Shown in pieces: positions 1-13,606 of a stretch of DNA of 64,000 nt; within the stretch, counting starts at the first letter, position 1; each line of letters starts with the position of its first letter. This stretch comes from Isurus oxyrinchus (lineage: Eukaryota): assembly GCA_026770705.1 (NCBI GenBank), contig JANJGN010000049.1, forward strand, positions 2,914,001 to 2,978,000, read 5' to 3'. Position numbers and translations under genes: made by a program. The notes under the pieces were generated by a model that saw only the letters and a list, made by a program, of their open reading frames with translations, was not told the DNA's origin and searched no databases.

Positions 1-1110
1 AACTCTGGCACTGAACTCCAGACCGCAACAACACATCACCTCGTAAAAAAAAGTGTTTCCTGGCCTCAACTGTGTTTCTTTCGCTCATTATCTTAAACCT
101 ATGCCCCGCTGTGGTCCATAATTTCACGGGTGGAAACAAGTTCTCCTTACTTACTCCGTTCAGGCCTCTCATGATTTTGAACAACGACGTTCAAGTCTCC
201 TCTCTGCTGTATCTACTGCAATTGCAGCAGTCACAAATGCTTTAATCTAGCATCATAACCGAAGTTCTTCACCCCTGGACCAATTCCCGTCAATCTTTTC
301 TGCGCTCACTCCAATGCCTTGACACCCTTCACAAAGAGCAGCTCCAAGAACTGGAGGCAACACTCCAGGTGACGCCGGAAATTTGCCTTGTAGAGGTTCA
401 ATATAAACTCTGCGCTCTTTTACTGTATGCCCTCATTGAACAAGAAAACTTTCTGCACGGTTTAATAACCAGGCTCTCAATCTGTCCTGCCACCTTCAAT
501 GATGTATGCAAATATACACCAAGGCCCCTCGGCGCCTGCGCCACCTTCAGGGTTTTATCCATAAGGTACAAAATTTCACCACGTTTTTCTTACATAAATG
601 AATCACTTCACATTTCTCAGCATTGAAATTTATCTGCCAAAAGCTCTTCATTCCACCAATCTGACAGGTTGAGGCTCTATACTTTCTGCCTCAAAGCTTC
701 CAAGTTTCATATCATTCGAAAATGTTGAAATTATGCCCTGTACACCACGTCCTGTGCCATTAACCAATATCGGGAAATAAAAGGCTTACAAATCTGTCCC
801 CTGGGGGACTCCACTACAATACATACTCCAGCCTATTAACCACTGCTCCCAGTGTCCTCCTACTCAGCTAATTTAGTATCACTATTAGTCCTTTCCAATT
901 CTTTCTACGTGGTATAGCTTTGCTCACAAATCTGCTGTGCGACACTGCATCAAATATCTTTTGGAAGTTTATGTCCAACACTTCAACAGCATTTCCCCTT
1001 CAGCCCTTTCATTTACCTCTTCAAAAAAATCAAGCAAGTTACTTAAACAGGATTTTCCCATAATAAATGCATGCTTTCCATTTTTGATTAACCCGCATTT
1101 TTTATGGATA
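1..1110 (-). mobile_element. CR1-type LINE, degenerate RT and 3' region
   Basis: ORF 969..1268(-) contains HAFIMGKSCLSNLLDFFEEV, the CR1 QHGFxKGKSCLTNLLEFFEEV motif. Flanking sequence resembles the CR1 ORF2 C-terminus. Confidence 0.8.
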
Positions 1111-1349
1111 TTTGCTACTCCCCGTGGCTCAGGATGCCACAGGAGTTGGAAGTCTTTGGGATTCACATAATCATGGAGGGTAACATTCAGGCTACACAAT
1201 TTGTTCTTCAAGAATCCTGAAAACATTGGGAAATCCCACATTTCTAAAAACTTTGATGGACCTCTCAATTATCTATGTGGGAGCATTGCAAATTATACGT
1301 ATTAAGCTTTCAATTTAGAGGAGTGCAATAAAATTGGTTCATCTGACTA

Positions 1350-1692
1350 GAATCACCGAATCAGAGGATGGCAGAAGTGGCCGTTCGACCAATCGAGTCT
1401 GCACTGACATGTGAGAAACACCTGACCTACCTACATAATCCCATTTGTCAGCGGTTGGCCCATCGCTTTCAATGTTGTAGCGTGCCATGTGCTCATCCAG
1501 GTACATTTTAAAGGGTGTGAGGCAACCCTCCCAGGCAGTGCATACCAGGCCGTCACCACGCTCTGGGTAAATAAGATTTTCCTCACATTTCCCCTAAACC
1601 TCCTGCCCCCTAACTTGTACTTATGTCCCCTTGTGACTGACCCTTCGGCTAAGGGGAACAGCTGCTCCCTATCCACCCTGTCCATGCTGTTC
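1350..1692 (-). mobile_element. CR1-type LINE 3' end fragment
   Basis: ORF 1431..1694(-) DRVDREQLFPL...TRGHKYKL...FTQSVVTAWYALP is a typical CR1 ORF2 C-terminus. Confidence 0.85.
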
Positions 1693-2139
1693 AATGTTGG
1701 TAGGTGTGATCAGTGCAGCAACAAACAAAGCGAAATTAACCGAATAAAGAATGTTCAAGGTTCATTTCTACGGGCAGTAGTATTTCTCTCAACGTCCCGG
1801 CAAACATTCATCCCTTAACCAATTAACTGAAAATCCTTCAATTGGGCACTAGTCCAATGGCATTTTTCAGTAATCTGTTGCCACTTTGCAAGTTCACCAT
1901 AGTTTTGACTACTTTCAAATCAAACTCTCGATTTATGCAATTCACGATCGAAATACAAGAAAACTAACTTCAACTGCAGAAGATAAATTCAGTTAATAAT
2001 CACATCCTCCTCCAGAATTTACCACATAACTGTGTATATCGAAATAATAAATCTCCAAATATTAAAGCAATTTCCTAACGTGATATCTTTATTCTCGGTC
2101 TGAACAGCAGTTACCCTTTATTTTATGGTCCCGAAAAAA

Positions 2140-2980
2140 TGAAAATGGTTGTCCTTTGCGGTTCTTTCTCGTGAGGTGGCGTTTTTTCCAGGTGCATCAC
2201 TCATCATTCATGGCAGCGACCAAATTGCTGGTTTTATAGCTGCTTTTTGTATTCAATGAGTGGTATTTATTTGTGGGTTAGTTTGGCATTTACCACTCCA
2301 GCCAGTGACGTCAGTGCTCAATCTGCATTGTTCTGTCTGGTTATTCGTCAGTCTCACCTTCGATGACTACATATGTGTTTGTTACCCAAATATGAAGTTG
2401 CGATTTTTCTCTAGGAGAAGTGCCAATATGTTCGCTTTTGTGCTTTAAAAAATTGAACAACAATAAACCAGAGGTACATTGTGCATGAATCAGTGAGGGT
2501 AAATAACAAACTGCATCATTTTGAAGTATAGAATTAGACTTCTACGTTTCATTTTCAGGAATAAGAACTGACTAGATCGATCATGTTTTATCCACTTAGT
2601 TCCATTTCTTGTGTTATTTATCTCAAGGTTTTAAATGTTTCATGCATTCAATTCGTGACTGTGAAATCTGCAGGACTCTCTGGGACCAAGGACAACGGGG
2701 AGAATGAGAAAGGGCCAGAGACGCAGAGTCAGACAAATTCCAACATTTTACTCTTCAGGTAGTCTCTTCCCACCAGGGGCAGTATGATTGTAAACATTAT
2801 AATATTAACACACTGCAGTAATTCATGTTTCGCAGCTTATAAGTTAATTACCCCAACTTTAATGCTGAAGGAAGCAGGGCAATGCAGCTGCTCCTGAGCC
2901 GCTGCATCAACATGTGTACTTATGGATACACCCAGTGTAAGTTGCAAAAGGGACTATGGCATGTGCTGGAATGTTCAATG
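2140..2980 (+). pseudogene. Highly decayed GPR139-like GPCR exon-2 relic (copy 0)
   Basis: tttccaggtgcatcactc at ~2186 is identical to the intact gene at ~37852. SVWLFVSLTFDDYICVC matches SAWLTVAFTFDRFVAIC. There is an ICL3-like stretch at ~2670-2755 and a TM7-like gctgcatcaacatgtgtacttatggatacacccagtgtaagtt at ~2901-2943. Many indels. Confidence 0.75.
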
Positions 2981-3880
2981 ACTCTCCTTTACAAATTTAG
3001 AACGTGGAATGCGGGCTTCACTGACAAAGGCAGCATTAATTGCCCCATCGCTTAATGTCCCTGAGACACGTAATTTTAGCTCTGTTTTTCCCTCTCCACA
3101 TGCGTTGCCAGGCCAGCCGGGCTGTTCTACTTTTTGATTCATATTTCCAGCAGCCACAGTTTTTGGTTTTGCACAATGCGGAATAATTTGAGGAAAAGGC
3201 ACTGCTTGATCCTGCCTTGTTGCATGGCAAACATGACAACGTCTAGAACAATCAGAACTGACTTACCAACCAATCACAACACATTAGCTCATGCAGTACA
3301 CCATGTTGTTCCCTTTGAAAATTAATATTCTTGCGTTTGCCCTGATGAGTGCACAACAGAAAGTTTCGACAGCCTCTCTCTTTTCTCAGCAACACTCATG
3401 TTCAGTACTGCCAAGCATCTACCTATATTCCTCCTTGTGTAACTATACACTGTTCTACTCCTTCATACCATTCTGCAAGCTGACCACCAATTGACATTTT
3501 TAATGCATTTGTTGCTGATTATTCATTAACTGGACTGTTTCCCTCCAAACTTGACAGGCAAGGATTGCAGTGCATGTGGTGTGGCCATCACTTGATAGGC
3601 AGGGTTAGCGGAAGTTTTCAGCTGGGAAGTGGCTAACTGTTCCGATATGACACCCGCAATGCACTGTACAGGCCATGGGACACTGCTCGACTTCCCACAC
3701 TTATGTCCTGAACACTACTCAGAATTTTAATTTTGGTTCACCCCATATTTTGTTCCAATTCACCACATTAGATAAAAGTTGCTTCAGATTCTCCTCTATA
3801 AACCCCAGAAACCAAGCTGCCTCTTCAGATAAAGACATCCAACATCTTCAATACCATCCACTCAATCCCACCAACAGCCA

Positions 3881-3929
3881 CCACCCCCCTCCCCCCCCCC
3901 CCAGCCCACCCCCCCCCCCCCCCCCCCCC
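3881..3929 (+). repeat. poly-C tract (G-rich on minus strand)
   Basis: About 45 nt of near-pure C. Confidence 0.9.
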
Positions 3930-4639
3930 ATTAAAACCCGGACATCTGTACCAATTAGATTTTCGAAACAATTCCCGGAAATGCTTCTTCTTTGGGGGGT
4001 TCTTATTCTCTTGTAATTTTGTCATCCCTCCTCACAAATTGTGACACTGCCAATTTGGAATCACGAAAGAAACGCCCTTAAAATTCTTCAGGGAAATTAC
4101 TTATGTCCAACTTCATATCATTGGAAATAGCACAAGCCAAAAGCAACGATCTGAGCAACTGCCATTTATTCCAAAGTTTCAATTCTGTCTACTCTATTTA
4201 ACCTGCTCTGTCCACTCAGTCGCTTTCAGTTGCCCTTTTTCTCCAAGCTACCTCTTCCAGCTTTCACCTATTCTCATGTGTGCCATTTCGCTTTTACCCA
4301 TTAAATCCCTTCTTCCCCCTCCATTTAACCATTACATGTTCCCTCTTCTTCTTCTAACTTACTCCACCTTTCTGTCCCTGCATCTTCCATTTAATCCACT
4401 GTCTCCACTCTGCCTCTTCCAGTTACTCACCTATCTCCTTTCTTCGTCTTCCCTTTTACGTTATTCTACCCAGTCTGCTTCTTTCAATTCCTCCTCCTGT
4501 CCACCCTCTTTGCATTCAAATTAACCGCCTGTCAGCATTTTGTCGTTTTAATTAAATAGCTGTAAGTAGGCTTCAGAGGATCTGTTGAAGGGAACAGAAA
4601 TTACAACATTAAAATTTCACAATTGCCACCATAACAACA

Positions 4640-4985
4640 TAACAATGTAGAGAGTAGAAACTGGAGTTGACCATTCAACCCCCAGGCTCCCCTTCAATAT
4701 TCAATGAGATCGGCACTGATCTTCTACCTCAGCACTATTTTCTTGCACTACCCCTGTATCCTTTGATGTTTGTAAGATGTTGACATTTATCGATCTCAGG
4801 CTTGAACATACGTGAGGACTGAATCTCTACAGCCCTTTGGGGCAGAGAATTCTAAAGATTCATCACTCAATCAGTGAATAAATTCCTCCTCATCTCAGTC
4901 CTAAATGGCATGTCCCTTATTCTGACATGGTGTCCTCTTTTTCTAGGCAGCCCAGCTTGGGGAAACATGCCATAAGAAATCTATA
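4640..4985 (-). mobile_element. CR1-type 3' tail/UTR fragment
   Basis: Resembles other CR1 3' ends in the window (e.g. 15660-15930). Confidence 0.55.
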
Positions 4986-5593
4986 GTTTTTGCACCTCTC
5001 CTTAATTTTCCTCAGATATGTTCCAGCTATCCAAATATCTGGTTGCCTATAGAATACATAGAGTAATAATACCTTTTTGTTAATATAAAATCTGTTTTTC
5101 GGTAATTATTGGATGTTATAATGAAGGAGAGGCTGATATGCGCTTATGGATTGCTCAAATGGATTTTTAACGCGCATGTCATGTCTATTGAACTTCTTTG
5201 AAATTTCTCAGGAGGAATCTATATTTGTGGAACGTGGCATGAGTATGAAAAGATTACACAAGGAAATTCCGGCATGACTGAACATGGAAGTTTCAAGCGG
5301 GATTTGATTGAGGCTCTTAGGGTTTATAATGGAATTGAACGGGATCAGATAATCTGATTGCAGATGCGTTACCAAGAGTTTGAAGCTTAAAGGGAAAAAT
5401 AGATATTTAAAAAATTTGGCACTGAACTGGAATGATTCCTGCTGATACAAAGGAGTTATGTAGGTATGTTGCGATGTTAATGCATGCATCTGGTAATATA
5501 ATCGTGTTATAGCAGAGGAAAAAGTGCAAGATCCTTTACTAAAAATGAAGCCGTCTCTTAAAATTATGATGGTTCATTTTTCAGTGAGGGGGA

Positions 5594-6407
5594 TGTGATG
5601 AAGTGATCTGTTTAATTTAAATATAAATTATTTTTAAAAAAATAAGATTCCAATGTGGTTCTGTGTCTAGGTTTGTGTCTGCGTGTGTCTTAATTGGATA
5701 AATGCCAGCTCGCCTGGGTGCTTTGATGTAAAGTCGTTTTGAGATGTTCATTCGCTGAACTGTAAGGAGAACAGGAAGGAAAAGTACTCATTTGCATTTG
5801 TTGAATAAACCATTCAAGATTGTGGTTAAAATCGTGCAATATCTAAAAGAAACCAAACAGTGTGTTGATTTTCCTTTTCGTCTTACCAGTTGAATTGGTG
5901 CTATGAAAGGGGTTTTGTTGTTAGAAGAGCTGAAGTTCAAAGAATCTAGTCATGTAATGGAAAGTTAACATTGAAAAAAAAGCTAGCTACCTAAATAAAG
6001 GAATTTGTGTACAAGGTAGAGGCATTTAAGAAATCACTAGCCTGTAAGCATAAGCACCTCATTTCGAATTTGTAATGTCAAATCTTTTTTGCCTGGTGTC
6101 TTTTTAAACTCTATGGGCTAGAGCTGCCTTTGTAGAGATCTAGCAGGGCGTGATTGATTTGGAAACGAGTTAAAAGTTATTTTCATGGTAATTTGTAGCC
6201 ACGTGTATGTGTCTAATTTTCTGTTAAATTAATAAAGGTTTAATTTTGTTTTCTTTCAAAATCACGAGACTCTGTGGTCTTATTCCTACTGAATGAAAAG
6301 TCTGCATTTCGAAAATATAAATTGCAAACAAATGGTCATGACAGTTGTTTCAATATTCCCTCTGGGATTTGCACAATTCAGCCATTATCATTGGCAGTGA
6401 CATAAAA
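5594..6407 (+). mobile_element. Probable solo LTR
   Basis: TG start, internal AATAAA, and a 3' end (ctctgggattt...cataaaa) similar to the LTR-like segment ending at 14518. Confidence 0.4.
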
Positions 6408-6429
6408 ATGTTATGAAATTATTTGGCAA

Positions 6430-6550
6430 GAACTAAGTCATATGGACTGAAAACGTTACCTATATTTCTCTCTCCACAGAAGCCCTCAAACCTGCTGAGA
6501 TTTTCCAGCATCTTCTGTTCTTATTTCCGATTTTTAGCATGCACAGCAAT
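6430..6550 (+). mobile_element. Single arm of Penelope-type palindromic repeat
   Basis: gtcatatggactgaaaacgtt...ctctccacaga...cctgctgagattttccagca matches the right arms of the palindromes at 19.3, 36.7 and 62.0 kb. Confidence 0.6.
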
Positions 6551-7289
6551 TTTTTACACATCTGCTCCTACTTCGTTTTTCTAGTCATAAGATGGTGGCT
6601 GATCACTATTTTCTCATTTGCTATTACCGATAAAGAATAAATGCTCGCTTTGCCAGTGGTGCCAGCATTCCGAGGTAGAACAAGAAAATGCAGCTCAACA
6701 GCTATTGTGGACAAAAATGGGAAGGCAAAAAGAAAATCCTTTACGCCTGCCAGGGAACTAAACAGATGGCTAAATCCACAGTAAAAAATGCAGACATAAG
6801 CACCAAGTTTAAAGGAACCCAAAACAGTGATGCATACAGAAAAAGATAGAGCGTCACCAAATTGTTTCATTGTTGCTCCGTTTGTGACAGAAAAAATCGA
6901 AGTGCTTGCAAACGACTTGTCATGAGAAAAGACAGGAGTCAGCAGAAGTTTAATTTTTTAACCAATATTTAGCATTCTACATGCTCTGTATCATTTGCAT
7001 TTCTGAGCATATCGTGTCCAGCTGACGAAAGATTCAGACATTCCAATGCCATTTGCCATTTGCCATTTTCTGAAACCCTGAGAGTGCAGACACATTTATT
7101 CAATCACTCCCACTTACACTAAATGTCTCATTCCTTGAATCATTCCGCTCCAGCTCTGTTATGCTCAGACATTCAATGAAGCACATTGGTCCAATTAAGT
7201 ATGGTATGATTCCATAATCCCTGGGCCCATTTTGGGTGCTCCATTGGCATTGAAGTTGCAACTATAATGTTGGGGTTTAATGTGCAAAA

Positions 7290-7980
7290 CTATGAACTTG
7301 ACCACTTCAGCAGGAAGATTAGTAAAGCAGCATGATATCTATCTGGAGAGAAACTACAAAAGTCTGAGGTACAGAGGGGTCCAGATGCCCTGCTATATGA
7401 ATCCCCAAAATGTTAGTATGCAGCTACAAACAATGATTAGGAATATACATGTAACTTTGAAGTGTATTGGAAAGGGAATGCGATATAAATGTAATGATGT
7501 TTTTCTGCAGTTCTACAGGACATTGGTAAGACCTTATACAGACTGTTGTGTACAGTTTTGGCCTCCATATTCAATAAAGGACATTATTGAACCAGGAGTA
7601 GTTGAGAGAAGGCACAGTGATTTCTGGGAGGAGAGGGGTGTCTTGTGAGGGATGGTTGAACGGGTTAGGCCTCTATCCATTGGAGTTTAGAAGAATGAGA
7701 AAAAATAAGACCCTGAGGGAACATGAAATGGTCGATGCTGAGAACATGGTCGAGACCGGAGCAGCGGGACACCTTTTAAATTAATGGTTCTGCTCTTTGA
7801 GATGTAGCTGACGAGGTTGATTTTCTCTTTCAGAGTCTAGTTAGCTTGTGGACCTCCCTTCCCCAGATATCCACAGAGGCAGTCACTGAATACTTCTTTT
7901 AAGACAGAGGTAGATGGATTAGTGAATAATAAGGGTGTCAAAGGATCCATGACGTAGGAAGAAAATTTCCAGAGCTGTAG
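7290..7980 (+). mobile_element. CR1-type LINE 3' fragment
   Basis: LQFYRTLVRPYTDCCVQFWPP (CR1 LYKTLVRPHLEYCVQFWSP motif) and LGLYPLEFRRMR. Confidence 0.8.
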
Positions 7981-8044
7981 GTAACTCTGCTACGTGGCAA
8001 AGGAACTATTTTGATCACCTCTGGGCAACGCACCTGATGTATGA

Positions 8045-8300
8045 ACTCAGAGAGAGAAGTATTGACGAATTTACAGTGAGACAGGCAGATCGAACGGGAG
8101 CGTGATGGAACGAGTGAAATTGTGTGAAAGACAGGCAGATTGAGAGATATAAACTGTGAGAGAGAAGGAGAGACACAGAAGGAGGCAGAAATTGAGATAA
8201 AGGCAGGAGAACAGGAGGAGGGGAGAGACTGAAAGGGAGATAGAGAAAAAGCTGAAGAACAGCATTAGAGGGAAATGGAAGGAGACAGTGAGAGAATAAT
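8045..8300 (+). repeat. GA-rich low-complexity repeat
   Basis: Purine-rich GAGA/ACAG runs. Confidence 0.7.
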
Positions 8301-8699
8301 ATTACACCGGCTGTCTGCCATAAACTGAGTGATGGAGTCATATAAACGGGGAAAATATACCTCCAGCAATCATAAGTTCAGGCATTAATTTTTGGTTCAG
8401 GGTATCTTTAAGTTTCAGGCATCTGTTTGTCTCATAGGACTGTGTGGTTCCGTGTGTTAGTGAGGTTCAGGGGCCTGTGCGGTTAAGGATTATATTCAAG
8501 ATTTGTTTGTTTCGGGCAGTCTGCATTGTGCTGGGTGCCTGTGAGTTTAAGGAGGCAAGTGAGATCAGGTTGGCCTGTTTTATCAGAAACGTTAACCGCA
8601 TTAAGACTTGGAAAATATAAGCTGGTCATAGAGAGAAGGACAATGAAAGTGTAACAGGCTACGCCATGTCCAACAAACAATGCTTAATTTGAAAAGGTT

Positions 8700-9850
8700 A
8701 CTATTATGGTTGGTAAGGGAATATCCATAGATCTTACTTGTATTGCCTTGCAGGAGGCATTCAATAAGGTTCCACACAAGAGGCTTTTAATGAAAATGAA
8801 AGTGCCTGGAGTGAGCAAGAACCGATTACTTGTGCAGATAATTGACGTGGAATTATGGTGAAGAGATCGGATTTTGGTGATCTACTGCAGTTGGCATGAT
8901 GTGGCCCGCATTGTCACACAGGGTTCTCTATTGGGGCCTTGGCTTTTTAATGCATTTATCATTGACTTCGATTAAAGAATTTGCATGTCTATATCGAACT
9001 TTGTTGTTGCTGTTATATTATGTGGCACATTGTTAATCGGAGAACAAAGTTGCGAAGGAATATTGATTAACTTAGAGAGTGGGGGTGACAGAGGCTAGAG
9101 GTTTAATCAAATGAATATGAAACAGGGTTTTATCAAAGTGATTATAAACTTTTGAGGAGGCAGAACAATATAGGTTTTAAAGGACAAGATTCATTTAGAA
9201 CTGGTGGACAGGTAGAAAAAAGAGTTAAGTGGCTCCTGCAATGTTAGTCCTTATCTGAGGAGAGCGGGGGCAGAAAGGGATGAAAGAAATGCTACAATTT
9301 GGATAAAACACTGGCTACAGCTCATCTGGATTAACTGGGCTCAAATCTGAGCCTCTCACCTCAGGCAGGATGTATCGGCAGTGGAGGGGATGGAATACAC
9401 GTTCTGTAGAGTGATATCTGGGCTAAAACAGGAGGGGCAGTCAGCTAGATATTGCATTCGAGTGAGTATAAAAGATTAGGGAATGCTCAAATTCAGGTAT
9501 TCAATAAATTAAAGAATGTAATAATGTGATAAATACATGTAATTTTATACACTGGGGGAGCCCAAGAGCAAAGTGGAAAAATTATAATGCTCAGGAGTGA
9601 TATTAGGATAAATTTGGTTATGCAAATGGTTGTGGATATCTGGCATTCCCATCAAAATGTCTGATCATGCTACTGGCTAATTTAAAATGCCTAAACCGCT
9701 GATGTATTTTTGTTTGGGGAATGTTATTAAGGAATATAAGATCATAAAGAACAATTGTAGTCGAGGTTCATATAAATTATTATGTAACTGAATAGTATAG
9801 CAGACGCTAGGTAGAGAATGGCCACCAAACGTTCAGATATTCTGGTTTAC
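8700..9850 (+). mobile_element. Old CR1 RT remnant
   Basis: gcattcaataaggttccacacaagagg (AFxKVPHKR) and cacagggttctctattggggcct (PQGSxLGP-like). Confidence 0.65.
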
Positions 9851-10279
9851 ATGATCACAGTTAACTGATGCCCTGAGGCACCAATCACAATACCCAGACC
9901 TCTATTTCTCAGAGTTCTGGAGCAACTTTTTTGATAGTTGTGCGGAATGGACTGGGATATCCCCTTCACATCCACATGGTTCCAGACATGAATTTATGGT
10001 GAGTCTGAAGTGAACAATGGGTGGTTATTTCATGTTTTGTCTTGTTCATGATAATTAAACAAAGCGCTCTCATGAGTAATATATGGTCGTTCAATTAAAC
10101 ATGGAATTTAATTTACAGCAAATCAGGCCCTTGAGTCACTTTCTCACACATGGATGCGAACGTGGCCCATGTTATCCGGCTGATGGTTTTGGACATGGCA
10201 TGACCCTGAACGCACAGTATAGGAGAGGAAACTCTGCTTTGATATAAGGCCAAAAAACAAAACACGACTGTACGATTAT

Positions 10280-12610
10280 CATTGTTTCCTTAATCTTAAA
10301 ATAATACCGTGGATATTTAATCCCATTTTTTAACTCCTGCCTGAATTTACTGTGTGTCAATGCTTAAATGCACTTGTTGGTGCAAGAACTTAAAAATTGA
10401 GGAGTACTACCTGTTTCTTGGAGAATGAATCTTGGGTCATTGAAATTGGAACCTGAAAAACAATTATTGTTTGTAATTTGAACATAAAAAACGTTTAGAA
10501 CGTACACCATCCATAACAGGATGAAACTGCCCGAAATACGTAAGAGTAACATAATGCACTCGTCCTGTTCTCTAACTCTGGTTCACGCTGATTGGCTCCA
10601 TTGCTGTGGGCCTCGAGTCTCCTTCGGGATCGACTGGCCACTAGAATGTGTCTAACTGTCAGAGCATTCAGTAGTAACAAAAGGAATGATGGAACGCACG
10701 GCGTTGAAATTCGGTCAAGCCAATCATATAGTGTCCGTCCAAGAGAGGTTTAAAATGTTTATTTGATGTTGCACAGCCACTCAACACTGTCAACTGGGAA
10801 CATCGGTTCGTAAGTGAGATAAGACGCAGTGTTTTTGAAACAACTCAAGGCGCAGACTGTTTATATCACTGCCGCTGCCGTTTTCTCTGCAGTATTTTGT
10901 TTTCTGTTTCTGGCAACAAATAGCCACAAACCTATCAAAGGTGAAAGCGACCGTTAACTACACAGAACTCTCTGTGGCAGCAGAAATTAGGATAGAGGTT
11001 ACTGTGCAGCCCGGAGTGGTGGAAAGCACACTGCATCTGTAATATATACCAGCAACCCTGTTTAATAGCACAGCAGTGATAATGACCAGGAGATCCGTCA
11101 CCGCCATGGACACTAGGTTAAGAGTGATGCATCTGGAGAGACCGCATCTTCCTCTGGACAGGATCACAATGAACGCAAAGTTCGCTCTAAGAAAGAGAAA
11201 CAAATATTCAGGAAAATAGGACATTGCTCCCATCAACGGTTTCTTTAATCTTATGCCTTTAGTTTTGAACCATACAAGGGGAGTTTGATAATTCCTAATG
11301 GAGAGATTGATCTGGTAGGAGGTGGACAGTAGCTGAGGAAATTTAACAGGAACAGCTAATGTAAAGGAGCATGGACGAATCGCGGCAATGATTGAGGATC
11401 ATTGGATTGAGAACATACCTTGGAGCTCTACGTACAGTTTCATGAATAAAACCAAAAAAATATCATTCACGAAATGGCAGCAACTGACTGACTGTGAAAT
11501 CATTTTTCAATAAAAATGCTGGTTATATACCCACTTCAGAAAATGTTTTCCCACATATTTCATTATTTCATTTTCGGGTTTGAAATAGCAGTCTGAGAAA
11601 CCTAAACACATATTGTACATGTAGTCAGAATTTCAGAAACTCTGTCCATAGGAGAATGTGTAGTGACCTCTGCCCATGTACTTAATGTCTGGGGTTCTGT
11701 TCGAAGTCAGAATGCCTGGGCCTCTAATTTTAAAAAGCAGAATGTTATGGATGCTGGAAATCTGAAAGAAAAGCCAAAAATTCTGAAAATGATCGACAGG
11801 TGAGCCAGAGCCTGTGGTAAGAAACAGAGTTAAAGTTTTAGATCGATGACGTTTGATCAGGAGCGTCTCAACTTTGTTCACATGTGAAATAACAAATTAG
11901 GCTTTCACAGTCGCATTTCCTTCCTCAGCAACTGTCTCCGGGTTCCCTTCATTCCACATGCATTCCAGCTGAAATCCCACCCTTCCTGTTATGATCACAG
12001 ATATCTCCAAGACATCCAGAACTCCTCAAACCACTGTTGTCGCCACATCCGAAGATGGACTTTCAATTCCTTGTGCCAATACACGCAAGCTCTCAATCTT
12101 CCCATTAAGCAACACGGACTCACACAAGCTCAAAGCTGCCCTTGGCCCTAAGGATTCTTCGCCTCATTCAAAGCTGAAAAAAATAACCTTTCACCTTTCT
12201 TTCAGTTGTGAAGGATTGCAAGTGACAGCTAGTCATGGTTACCAAAACATGTGCGCACTCTTTTTCTGATTCACTAAGCCTCCAAACGATCCATTCCTTG
12301 AATCTCACCCTTTGCTCTTTATTCACAATAGCGTTTTAAATTCCCCTATCTCTGCCTGTTTGCTCTGCCCTCAGGAAACACATCAGCTTCATGCAATTAC
12401 CACCGTTCCTGAATGGCGTTCGATCATAGCTCATTCAACTGAAGATATAGTGAAAGAAAGTCTGGATAACACAGTGATACAAGTCAGCTGCAGTGCAGGC
12501 GACAATGTCCTAAAACAAAAAAGTTGCTCTAATAACTTACCCAGCACACGGACAACACATAGAATAGGATAGTAAGTAGGAAGTACTGGATTGTTTCCCG
12601 GGGAGCGCAT
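10280..12610 (-). pseudogene. GPR139-like class A GPCR pseudogene (copy 1); exon 1 12610..12541, exon 2 11184..~10280
   Basis: Exon 1 MRSPGNNPVLPTYYPILCVVRVL+G|gtaagt. Exon 2 ANFAFIVILSRGRCGLSRCIT..DLL..DRF. In-frame TAG at 10958-60 replaces the conserved Trp, there are frameshifts, and TAA replaces the NPxxY Tyr at 10364-66. Confidence 0.9.
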
Positions 12611-13606
12611 TCTCTGCGAGAAACAAAGTGCTGGAGACAACAGCCACATATCAGCTGCAACTCATTCCTATGACACCTTACTTATACCGAATGTGAATGC
12701 TTCATGAGACAATAACATTGCATCAGCTCAGCGTTAGTCATGGTCACCCAAACAAACAAACCATGGCAGCCAACGTCATAAAACCTTAGCTAAATTATGA
12801 TATAGTTCAATAATGTTACACCATTTAAAGGATAAATAACGCTTTTCTGGCATGTTAAAAATTAAATGTCCACCAGATTTTTTCACGGCATCAAAGGAAC
12901 ATATATTGTTCCCAGGCTCAATCTGTGATAATGTTCGTCTTCAACCATCACATTATCACTGACCACAGTGATAATGGTTGTAATTAGACACATCGACTTG
13001 ACTTCCAGAGCACATGATTCATCCCGCAGTAGGGAGAGCTATAATTGGCAAAATGCAGTCCATTCTGCGGTACATGACTCATAAGCCCGTGAGAGGGCAT
13101 TAAGGCAGGGCATTTGTTGTATTGTGCCACATCAGAGAGGGAACGGCTCCTGATAATTCTCTTGTGACTGGAAGTGGTCAGCCTGCATTGTGTGTGTGAA
13201 ATGAAGACAGAATGATACTGAAATGGCCCGTCCACACCTCCAACGAAGTAATACACAACTTGCAGATGGAAAAAAATGAAGGGATATGAAAACTGTGAAA
13301 CGACGATGGTCATCCGACTCTCCTGAAATCGCTCCATTAGCAAGGAGCATCTTGTGCCGGAGAGGAGGGGAAAAACAGAAGTCAAGCTATATGGCACAGA
13401 GCTGATACACCAGATCACTCATAACACATTGTATTAAATGAATGTTGACTCTCTTCTGTCAACTGAACAAACACAGCATGATGCTGAGTGCAGAACCAAC
13501 AGCACTTACGAGACTTGACACCATTCAGGACAAAGCTGCCCATCATCATGCTTCATTATTCACCCCCACCCCCACCCCGCCCCGGCATTTCCTAATATTT
13601 TTTGGA

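Noticed and set aside
2095-2130. gtctgaacagcag shared with 24358 (intron of copy 2)
   Set aside because: Short match with orientation inconsistent relative to the genes; not enough to claim an inversion.
8325-8375. Minus-strand gattgctggaggtatattttcccc resembling the receptor RIAGIYFP segment
   Set aside because: Too short, and the flanks show no collinear homology.
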